The position numbers and the translations under genes were made by a program. This document shows, one piece after another, positions 1 through 7,417 of a stretch of DNA of 22,829 nucleotides (position 1 is its first letter; each line of letters starts with the position of its first letter). Source of the stretch: Candidatus Thorarchaeota archaeon (GTDB taxonomy: Archaea; Asgardarchaeota; Thorarchaeia; Thorarchaeales; Thorarchaeaceae). The notes below the pieces were generated by a model, which was given only the letters and a program-made list of their open reading frames with translations, searched no databases and was not told the origin of the DNA. The stretch covers positions 1-22,829 of the forward strand of contig JAOUFI010000031.1 of the NCBI GenBank assembly GCA_029858305.1, written 5' to 3'.

Positions 1-365
1 GATTGTTGAAGTTGCATTGTCAAACCCATAGAGATTGTACCAGCCATTACACTTTGAACAAGAATCATCAAAAGCCCTACAATTCCCATAGCAATTGCCA
101 AGTTGACAATAATTCGTCCTGCTCTAATGTGCGATGTTGTAAGAATTACTCCTCCAATAATAACCGCTATGCCAGAGAGAATTGTAATTGTTGCCAATCC
201 CGCCATGATATTTTCTAGGGTCAATACGAGTGATAATTCTAAAGCCGCGTAAAGCGCTTCTGCAAGTTCATCTATTAAGCCAATGACTCCACTAGAACCG
301 GATGCGATGAGTAACACTCCACCCAAGAAGCAGAGCATGAACGCATTCTTATTATGAATTTTCAT
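1..365 (-). CDS. Hypothetical integral membrane protein, 3' end outside the window (missing from the ORF track)
   Basis: ATG at 365 opens a stop-free frame to the window edge: MKIHNKNAFMLCFLGGVLLIASGSSGVIGLIDELAEALYAALELSLVLTLENIMAGLATITILSGIAVIIGGVILTTSHIRAGRIIVNLAIAMGIVGLLMILVQSVMAG... It has at least 3 hydrophobic Gly-rich segments. Confidence 0.85.
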   Translation of the reverse strand, partial: MKIHNKNAFMLCFLGGVLLIASGSSGVIGLIDELAEALYAALELSLVLTLENIMAGLATITILSGIAVIIGGVILTTSHIRAGRIIVNLAIAMGIVGLLMILVQSVMAGTISMGLTMQLQQ

Positions 366-506
366 CAAGGTCTGTCATCGCCAATTGATGCTGTTTTAAA
401 GATACCTTTTCTTTATCTCTTTTCTCCTTCTCGTATTTGCTCAGTGAAATGGTCATTTGAGCATGTATCTCAAAAAGTCTTTATTTTGGACTAGTAAAGG
501 AAATTT

Positions 507-1243
507 ATGCAAGTGAATTGGGAAGAAGTTGGAAATCCTGAAAACAGAACCATCATTCTTGTTCATGGTGCGGGCGGCTCTGCTGCAACTTGGTTCATGC
601 AACTTCGAGGATTATCAAAGCACTATCATATTATAGCCCTTGAATTGAATGGTCATGGGAGGTCTCCAAATCGGTTAGAAGAAAATGTGACGCAGTCCTA
701 CTTGGATGATGTGAGGGAGATTGTTTCAATGTATGAGAAACCCATTCTTGGAGGGCATTCAATGGGCGGAGCCCTCACTCAATTATTCGCTCTTAGGCAT
801 CCTGAACAACTTGGCGGGATTCTTTTGGTAGGAACAGGAGCACGGCTCAGGGTAAATCCCATGGTCTTTGATCTGTTAGACACAAATTTTGATGCGTATA
901 TTGAAGCCTTAGGAACCTTCATGTTTCATGATGGAGTGTCTCCGGAAATGATTGCTGCATCAAAACAGGAAGCAAGGAAATGCCCAGCGCAGATTATACG
1001 TAGAGACTTTGAATTATGTAACCATTTTGATGTAATGGATACTATTTCTAGCATTTCAAATCAAACCTTAATCATAGTTGGCGAGGAAGATGTGATGACT
1101 CCTGTGAATATGCAAACTATCTTCATACGAAAATCACAAACTCAAAAATCCACATTATCAAATCTGCAGGTCATATGGTTATGCTAGAACAATCCTCTAA
1201 GGTCAACTCAATTATCATTGATTGGATGAACACAATTACCTAG
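507..1243 (+). pseudogene. Alpha/beta-fold hydrolase (MenH/MhpC-like) with a -1 frameshift at about 1107-1108; either a true pseudogene or a sequencing error
   Basis: HGAGG oxyanion motif, GHSMGG nucleophile elbow and GEED acid motif are in frame 507..1187. After CCT GTG AA the alternative frame reads YANYLHTKITNSKIHIIKSAGHMVMLEQSSKVNSIIIDWMNTIT*, which contains the catalytic-His motif AGHM and stops at TAG 1241-1243. Confidence 0.85.
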
Positions 1244-1650
1244 AGGTTAATTAGACGTTGGTCACGACGTCTCTTTTCAACAGATGCCAGAAGCCTAGTT
1301 CTATCAAAATAGACCTCATTTCTTACAATCTTTTTTCCATCAATTTCAACAATATCAAGACCGGTTTCGTGAATTTCTTCAAGTCCTAGAGGGATATGAC
1401 ATTCCCATTTTACAATAGCACCTGTTTTAATAGGGAATACTTCAACGGGTTCCCATCTCCAATCACGATAAACGTCTAGAAGCTTCACGAAATATTTTCG
1501 AATCTCTTCATGACCCTTGAGTCCTCTACGATGTGCGGGGTCTGTATACATTGCTTCCTCGTGATAATATGCTAACAAAGCATCTGGGTCATTGCCAGTC
1601 CACGTTGCGAGCCATTCCTTACAAAACGCTTCTAGTTCCTTCTCATTCAT
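1240..1650 (-). CDS. SnoaL-like / NTF2-family protein
   Basis: 136 aa with the typical pattern W..W..ND.DALLAYY.E.A.YTDP...GL.G.EEIR.YF and GLDIVEIDGKKIVRNEVYFD. Confidence 0.85.
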   Translation of the reverse strand: MNEKELEAFCKEWLATWTGNDPDALLAYYHEEAMYTDPAHRRGLKGHEEIRKYFVKLLDVYRDWRWEPVEVFPIKTGAIVKWECHIPLGLEEIHETGLDIVEIDGKKIVRNEVYFDRTRLLASVEKRRRDQRLINL

Positions 1651-1760
1651 AGTGAGTCACTTCAGCTTCTGTTATTGGCTATACTTTTGGCGAATTCAGT
1701 GCCTCTTATTCTTTGCCCAATACGTAATAACAATCAGAACCTAGATTGAATCCTGTAATG

Positions 1761-1817
1761 TTATATAGTAGTGAGTCGCTTACAAAAATTTACAAAATGG
1801 TTGTACATTTGAGGAGG
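1761..1817 (+). promoter_or_regulatory. Putative TATA box (TTATATA, 1761-1767) and Shine-Dalgarno site (GAGGAGG, 1811-1817) for the MFS gene
   Basis: Both motifs are seen directly. The SD lies 8 nt before the TTG start at 1826. Confidence 0.5.
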
Positions 1818-1825
1818 AAACGAAG

Positions 1826-3190
1826 TTGGCTGATGACTGGTCAAATGAAAAATCACAAGCAATCCCTCCAACAAAGAAGGAACGACTTGCTTGGTATCTC
1901 TATGATTTTGCTAACACTAGTTTTACGGTACTTATTATCACAGCACTCTTCCCATTGTATTTTGAGGACCTTGCTACGCTGGTCTTCATGGATGGCGGTG
2001 TAATGGGAGGCGCGTTGTGGGGGTATGCCACAAGTATCACGATGATCATAGTTGCAGTTTCTGCGCCTATTTTGGGGGCAGTTGCGGACTATTCAGGTTC
2101 GAAGAAGAAATTCCTAATTTTCTACACAGCCCTTTGTATCATATTTAATGCCTTCATGTTCTTTCTAAGAGACGATTTGCCACAATTTCTTGGCATAGAT
2201 ATGTGGATGTGGGCATTCATTCTCTTTGTGATTGCAAATGTCGGTTTCCAAGGTGGCCTCCCCTTCTATAACGCGTGGTTGCCTGAGATCAGTACCGAGG
2301 AAACTATTGGGAGAATAGGCGGGATTGGCTATGCAGCAGGGTATGTTGGTGCAATGCTGACGATTATTATAGCACTTGTATCATATGTAATGCTGCCTGC
2401 TTACCCAACATTGCCATTCCTATTCAGTGCTTTATTCTTCCTTATTTTCGCGATTCCAAGCATTAAGGGACTGCAAAACAGACCTGCAACAAAACTGCCC
2501 CATGAAGAAGGGATGTCATATGTCAAAATTGGCTTTGGGAGAATTCGCCAGACGCTTCGAGATATCCGAAAATATCAAGGAGTGCCACTTTTCCTGGTGT
2601 CATACTTCCTTTTTGCTGATGCAATCAATACTGTGATTTCCTATGCTTCAATATATGGCCAAAATGTCTACGCCTTTGACACTGGTTCTATATTGATTTT
2701 CTTCGCAGTTACTCAACTTGCGGCAATCCCAGGCGCATTCATTTTTGGATACATTGCTGATAGAATTGGAACTAAGATCACTTTGATGATAACCTTACTA
2801 ATCTGGGTTATGACACTCTCTGTTGCATATCTTGGTTCAGATCCTATCGTTTTCTGGATCGTTGGAATGTTTGCGGGTGTAGGAATGGGCTCTTCACAGA
2901 GCACTGCGCGTAGCATGTACGGTCAGTATATTCCCGAAGAAAAGAAGAGTGAGATGTACGGATTCTATGCACTCACTGGGAAAGTTGCTGCAATATTAGG
3001 ACCGTTCGTCTATGGTACAGTTCTGGTCGCTGCGGGTGGACTGGGAATTGTAGAAGCACACCGGATGGCAATGTTAAGCATACTTCTATTCTTCGTAGTG
3101 GCACTGCTCATTCTTGTAAAAGTGAGACAACCTGTCAAAGGTGAAACAAAGATTTACTTAGAAGATGATGTAGTACCAGGAAATATATGA
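1826..3190 (+). CDS. MFS transporter, UMF1/Atg22-like family
   Basis: About 12 TM segments, N-terminal AWYLYDFANTSF motif, PILGAVADYSGSKK and GYIADRIGTK MFS loop motifs, and SQSTARS...EMYGFYALTGK. TTG start with SD. Confidence 0.9.
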   Translation: MADDWSNEKSQAIPPTKKERLAWYLYDFANTSFTVLIITALFPLYFEDLATLVFMDGGVMGGALWGYATSITMIIVAVSAPILGAVADYSGSKKKFLIFYTALCIIFNAFMFFLRDDLPQFLGIDMWMWAFILFVIANVGFQGGLPFYNAWLPEISTEETIGRIGGIGYAAGYVGAMLTIIIALVSYVMLPAYPTLPFLFSALFFLIFAIPSIKGLQNRPATKLPHEEGMSYVKIGFGRIRQTLRDIRKYQGVPLFLVSYFLFADAINTVISYASIYGQNVYAFDTGSILIFFAVTQLAAIPGAFIFGYIADRIGTKITLMITLLIWVMTLSVAYLGSDPIVFWIVGMFAGVGMGSSQSTARSMYGQYIPEEKKSEMYGFYALTGKVAAILGPFVYGTVLVAAGGLGIVEAHRMAMLSILLFFVVALLILVKVRQPVKGETKIYLEDDVVPGNI

Positions 3191-3222
3191 GTAACATCGA
3201 ACTAGCTGAGATTTCTGAGTGT

Positions 3223-3260
3223 GAGGAGGGATATACCTCTCCTCCTCTCCTTTCTTTTTA
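3223..3260 (+). terminator. Hairpin plus pyrimidine/T tract after the MFS gene
   Basis: GAGGAGGG-atatac-CTCTCCTC (8 bp including one G-U) followed by CTCTCCTTTCTTTTT. Confidence 0.55.
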
Positions 3261-3433
3261 TTAGCAACTTACAGTAATCATCAAAATGATTAATTCTGAA
3301 AATCGAAAATCACTGAGTTCATCTTTATTACGCAGTTTTGAAAGCGTTTGTTCATGCCAGAATTCATACTGTGATGATACGAAAAATGAATTTGGAAGCT
3401 TGTACATACATATGAACTGTCAAGGGAATAGGA

Positions 3434-4396
3434 ATGACAATAATAAATGGACTCGCTTGGAAACCTAGATGGGTCACACATCTTGGATGTATTGAGGGGT
3501 GTTTGAAATACCTGAAGCGGAAAATCACTACAGGCTGGTTATATGGAGGAACTGGTCACGCTTTTATTCTCAACATAGCAAAAGACCTCTGTCCGAGTGG
3601 TCCAACAGCCTGGAGGACATCTATGCTACATGAGTTGGCTCCAAACTTGGGATACATAATCGATGGGGTATTTGCTCTCAAAAAGAATCCTGCATTTCCA
3701 AGGGAGCAAGAGAAGGCATGGGAGCATGTCAAAGTTTCCATTGATAATGACATACCTTGTTATGGGTGGGAACTCGAAATCCCCGAATTCTATGTGATTA
3801 ATGGTTATAATGACATTGGCTACTTCTACTCTGGTCCTGGGCATGATGAAGGAACTGGTCCACGACCGTGGAGTGATGTTGGTAATTCACAGATTGGCAT
3901 CCTAGAAATTTATTCAATACATTCTACCGAAACCGCCAATCCCGTAAAAGCGATCAAAGAATCATTTGAAAGGGTACTCTATCATGCAAGCAATCCATCT
4001 GATTTGATTTTTCCGAATTATCGCTCAGGACTAGCTGGATATGATTGGTGGATTGAGGCTATAGAGAATGGTAGTGCACTCTCCATGGGCCACTCTTACA
4101 ATGCGGCTGTCTGGTCGGAGTGTCGTAAGTATGCTGTAGAGTTCCTAAAAGAAGCGAAAAGGTATGTTGAGAGTGATGTCAAGAAATTGTTAGATGAAGC
4201 ACGGACATCATATGAAATCTCCGCATACAATCTTGAACATATTCACAAAACCTACACATTTACTCCAAAACTTGAGCAGGTGCTCCTTGGAATTGACGAT
4301 AGAACTCACCATACTGTCCAACTGTTGAGGAGTGCAAGGAATGCAGAGAAGAATGGGCTTGCAATCTTGAAGAGTCTTGTTGACATACTCCACTAG
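3434..4396 (+). CDS. Conserved hypothetical protein, possibly related to the BtrH N-terminal (papain-like) domain
   Basis: 320-aa globular ORF with HLGCIEGCLKYL, WLYGGTGHAFILNI, CPSGPTAW, SIDNDIPCYGWELEIPEFYVINGY and a helical C-terminal half (SGLAGYDWW, SYNAAVWSECR). The family assignment is tentative pattern recognition. Confidence 0.7.
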   Translation: MTIINGLAWKPRWVTHLGCIEGCLKYLKRKITTGWLYGGTGHAFILNIAKDLCPSGPTAWRTSMLHELAPNLGYIIDGVFALKKNPAFPREQEKAWEHVKVSIDNDIPCYGWELEIPEFYVINGYNDIGYFYSGPGHDEGTGPRPWSDVGNSQIGILEIYSIHSTETANPVKAIKESFERVLYHASNPSDLIFPNYRSGLAGYDWWIEAIENGSALSMGHSYNAAVWSECRKYAVEFLKEAKRYVESDVKKLLDEARTSYEISAYNLEHIHKTYTFTPKLEQVLLGIDDRTHHTVQLLRSARNAEKNGLAILKSLVDILH

Positions 4397-4483
4397 AGAA
4401 GCCCCGAAACACCAATCTGCAGAGGGAAATGAATTACGTATTATCATTATCTCCAATCATATAGATTGTCATTATTTCGAGTA

Positions 4484-4930
4484 TCATTTTTCTGATACTT
4501 CGAGAGCTATCCTGACAGCACTCTCCACAAAGCTTGGGCAAACTCTTTCGAATATTCCGTCTTTCATCGCCATGTTTCTAGCCTTTAGGTTAGTCATATC
4601 AAATCCAGTCAAATCATTGCAGAGAATACTTCCATGGATTCTCTTGAACCTGCGAATGAATTCTTCTGAAGCTGCATATGTTGCGTCTTTGTGTTTTACC
4701 ACATCATCGAATTGTCTACTATTCAGGACACCCAATGCTGCGATTGCTCCCGAAACTGCGCCACACACACTTCCTTCGTGCGCTAGACCTCCTCCAAAAC
4801 CTGCCGATAGAGGAATCACTTGGTCAAAGTCCATTTTCGTTTCTGAGAGAACAGCCTTCATGACAGACTGCGAGCAGTTATACTTCCCTGAGAAATATGT
4901 TCTAGCCTTGGCAACAGCATCATTTTTCAT
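4484..4930 (-). CDS. C_GCAxxG_C_C family putative redox-active protein
   Basis: YNCSQSV, GFGGG...GSVCGAVSGA, GSILCNDL and RVCPSFV give the four family Cys motifs. Confidence 0.92.
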   Translation of the reverse strand: MKNDAVAKARTYFSGKYNCSQSVMKAVLSETKMDFDQVIPLSAGFGGGLAHEGSVCGAVSGAIAALGVLNSRQFDDVVKHKDATYAASEEFIRRFKRIHGSILCNDLTGFDMTNLKARNMAMKDGIFERVCPSFVESAVRIALEVSEK

Positions 4931-5032
4931 GATTCTATGAACGATAGGTCATCATTATCAGTTTTGTTATTCAGGAAACTTGCTTCAATCACAAATTCAT
5001 TTCTTGAGTCGTTAGTCCCTCTCATAATTAAT

Positions 5033-5317
5033 TATGAAAGGTGGCAAAAGATATCTCAAATTCGCAATAATCAAAAGGTAGAGCTCATTATTGCCCCAAG
5101 AACTGAAAAGGGAACGTGAAGTAGACGCATTATAGCAACAGCCCAAATAATTCAGGACCCAGCTATAAGAGAGAAGCTTGCCGCAGCTATTCCATGGTTT
5201 AAGCAGTACTGGACCGGAGCTGCTGATTCCAATTTCATGTTGTTTAAGATAGAACCTTCTCGTATTCTATATGATAATCCCTATGATGGTAAGAAATACC
5301 ACGTTGAAGTTCCTTAG
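5033..5317 (+). pseudogene. Remnant of a pyridoxamine 5'-phosphate oxidase-like (general stress protein 26-type) FMN-binding protein; N-terminus not recognisable, in-frame TGA at 5117-5119
   Basis: A single frame reads ...WQKISQIRNNQKVELIIAPRTEKGT*SRRIIATAQIIQDPAIREKLAAAIPWFKQYWTGAADSNFMLFKIEPSRILYDNPYDGKKYHVEVP*. This matches the family pattern K..QI..N.KVE / A.II.D / YW.G..D.N..L..I.P. Confidence 0.7.
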
Positions 5318-5335
5318 GCGACTGACATGTACGCT

Positions 5336-5806
5336 TCAACGGAGTTTTTCAGGCGGATTATATCTACTAAACTGAATGCAACCAGCAGTCATCACAAGGA
5401 GACCAATCATAAAGAGTGCCACACCAGCATTTTCCATTCCCTGATGGATACTTGTTAACCCTTGAAATATCCAACCAACTGCCACCATAGTTACCCCAAT
5501 CAGACTAACTATCTTTGCTGCCTTTGTATTTACATTCCTGATCTCTAGATCTTCATGATGTTTCATTAATACTGGCGCATCAGATACCTTGACCTCTGAT
5601 AGGAAAAAACGAGTTCCATCATCTGAAAAGCTTCCATTTATTATTCCGTCTCCGACAAGGTCCTCCAATAACTCTCGGGTGGAATCTTCATCAGTCCCAG
5701 TGTATTCACATATCATCTCAATTGAACTGATTTTTCCTATGGAAACGATCTCTTGGAGTTTTAATTTTAGATCATGATAATCCGGGGATTTGTGGTCAAT
5801 AATCAT
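5336..5806 (-). CDS. Hypothetical protein with an N-terminal winged-helix (PCI-like) domain and two C-terminal TM helices
   Basis: SIEMICEYTGTDEDSTRELLEDLVGDGIINGSFSDDGTRFF resembles the HTH + wing of PCI/winged-helix domains. It is followed by two hydrophobic helices (IVSLIGVTMVAVGWIF; AGVALFMIGLLVMTAGCI). Confidence 0.7.
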   Translation of the reverse strand: MIIDHKSPDYHDLKLKLQEIVSIGKISSIEMICEYTGTDEDSTRELLEDLVGDGIINGSFSDDGTRFFLSEVKVSDAPVLMKHHEDLEIRNVNTKAAKIVSLIGVTMVAVGWIFQGLTSIHQGMENAGVALFMIGLLVMTAGCIQFSRYNPPEKLR

Positions 5807-6053
5807 GATTAATCACATAGGTTTTGACATTCTGAAAGTATATAATATTAGGGCACTACGCAGGGACACGGAAAGGAGTCACATATGAGGTACTCATTTT
5901 GTTACTTCTTTATTTATCAGACTGAATTTTCGTCCTATCGGATTGGCTCCAAATCGTTTTGGCTCAGGATAAAAAGATGGGAAATGAAATCCTCAATTTG
6001 AACAAAATATTATACATAGAAAACCAATTGAAAATAAATGAAAAGAACTAGTT

Positions 6054-6060
6054 TTTATAA
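6054..6060 (+). promoter_or_regulatory. Putative archaeal TATA box for the nucleoside ABC operon
   Basis: TTTATAA about 95 nt upstream of the likely ATG at 6154, preceded by an A-rich tract. Confidence 0.45.
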
Positions 6061-6153
6061 GGCGAGTGTTCTTGTATATTTAGCCTCGGGGACTTGTTAA
6101 TTCAATTGCCCATGGTCGGTTCATTTCTTGAACCGTTGAAAGGAGATAAAACA

Positions 6154-7269
6154 ATGGTAAGTAAAGGAGCAATGGCCGCTATTGTTATTGTCATCATTCT
6201 TGTTGGCGGTGTTGGGGCGTACATCATAATGTTCAACCCCTTCGGACCGAAAACCAATCCATATGATGTTGCAATTGTTTTTGCGACAGGAGGACTTGGT
6301 GACAAATCATTCAATGACGGCTGTAAGAAAGGCGCTGATGACGCTAAAGCGGCATTTGGTATAGAGTATACCTATGCTGAACCTACAGCGATATCTGACT
6401 ACCTAGGATTCCTGAGAGGATTCGCGCAACATACCCAATATATAGAACCTTATGATTTGATCATATCCGTTGGATTTGACCAAGAGGTTGCATTACAGAC
6501 TGTTGCGAATGAATCAACGAGTCAGAAATTCGCAATTGTTGACATGTATATCGATCCAATCGTTTATCCAAACGTTGCATCACTACTCTTCGATGAACAC
6601 CAAGGTTCTGCTCTTGTCGGTGCAATTGCTGGTCTTACGACCACAACTGACAAGATTGGATTTGTTGGTGGTATGAATATTCCATTGATTAACAAATTTG
6701 CAGCTGGTTACGTCTTCGGTGCAGGCTACACTAATCCACACCTAAACGGAACTGCTAACATTCTGGCTAATGTTTCCATTGGCTATACCGATGATTGGGT
6801 TGACACTGCTGCAGGCAAGAACCTGGCTGATGGTATGTATGCTGCTGGTGCAGACATCATCTTCGCAGCCGCTGGCAGAGCTGGTCTTGGCGTATTTGAT
6901 AGCGTTAAGGCTAAGAACGCTACTTCAAGTGTTCCTCTTTGGGTCATTGGTGTCGACTCGCCACAGATGTACTACGGCACAGCAGATCCTACAGATCCTG
7001 AGCCTCCAACACTGTGCCTCACATCAATGCTGAAGAAAGTCGATGTTGCTATCTACACCATCATTGAAGAATGGGTTGAAGATGCTACCTGGCAGACTGG
7101 CTATGGTCTACTTCACAGCTTTAATCTCGCAAACAATGGTGTTGGCTACGAACTCAATTCTACTCTGTTGGCATTACCTCCAGCAGTCGTAACTGCAGTT
7201 AACAACTTCAAAACACTCATTATTGCTGGAAACATCACAGTTCCATCCGAGATATACTGGACAACATAG
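6154..7269 (+). CDS. BMP family (PnrA/TmpC-like) ABC transporter substrate-binding protein, probably for nucleosides/purines
   Basis: GGLGDKSFND, FDEHQGSALVG, IGFVGGMNIPLINKF, GADIIFAAAG, WVIGVDS and TSMLKKVD motifs, plus an N-terminal TM anchor. Start moved to ATG 6154 because AGGAG lies just upstream (track start is 6094). Confidence 0.93.
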   Translation: MVSKGAMAAIVIVIILVGGVGAYIIMFNPFGPKTNPYDVAIVFATGGLGDKSFNDGCKKGADDAKAAFGIEYTYAEPTAISDYLGFLRGFAQHTQYIEPYDLIISVGFDQEVALQTVANESTSQKFAIVDMYIDPIVYPNVASLLFDEHQGSALVGAIAGLTTTTDKIGFVGGMNIPLINKFAAGYVFGAGYTNPHLNGTANILANVSIGYTDDWVDTAAGKNLADGMYAAGADIIFAAAGRAGLGVFDSVKAKNATSSVPLWVIGVDSPQMYYGTADPTDPEPPTLCLTSMLKKVDVAIYTIIEEWVEDATWQTGYGLLHSFNLANNGVGYELNSTLLALPPAVVTAVNNFKTLIIAGNITVPSEIYWTT

Positions 7270-7275
7270 TATATG

Positions 7276-7310
7276 AAGAGGGGCTCGCCCCTCTTTCTCT
7301 TCTTTTTCTT
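7276..7310 (+). terminator. Intra-operon hairpin plus T tract between the binding-protein and ATPase genes
   Basis: AAGAGGGG-ctcg-CCCCTCTT, a perfect 8-bp stem, followed by TCTCTTCTTTTTCTT. Confidence 0.65.
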
Positions 7311-7376
7311 GAATTCTCAATACCGTATGATTAAATAGCACGAGGTTCCTGATTTCTCGAAATGCTGGCTCAAGCT

Positions 7377-7393
7377 CCAATACTGAGTATTGG
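7377..7393. promoter_or_regulatory. Perfect 17-bp inverted repeat (candidate operator or RNA stem) upstream of the ABC ATPase
   Basis: CCAATACT-G-AGTATTGG, downstream of a TATA-like TTAAATA (7331-7337) and 25 nt before ATG 7418. Confidence 0.4.
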
Positions 7394-7417
7394 TCCTAAT
7401 GATCGGGGGTTCCAATT

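Noticed and set aside
3-218. Cys/Asn-rich 71-aa plus-strand ORF that looks like a metallothionein or RiPP precursor
   Set aside because: It is the antisense shadow of a hydrophobic minus-strand gene. Ile, Val and Ala codons read as Asn and Cys on the other strand.
3275-3292. Palindrome TAATCAT-caaa-ATGATTA
   Set aside because: AT-rich 7-bp arms are expected by chance, and it is not positioned at an evident promoter.
4484-4486. TGA at the end of the C_GCAxxG_C_C gene as possible selenocysteine (the family includes selenoproteins)
   Set aside because: All four Cys motifs are already encoded as Cys, and the TGA falls at the normal C-terminus.
4377-4940. 187-aa plus-strand ORF
   Set aside because: It is antisense to the well-supported C_GCAxxG_C_C gene and has no motifs.
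5824-5846. Perfect TTGACA and TATAAT hexamers suggesting a sigma70 promoter
   Set aside because: The spacer is 11 nt rather than about 17, and the gene content points to an archaeon.
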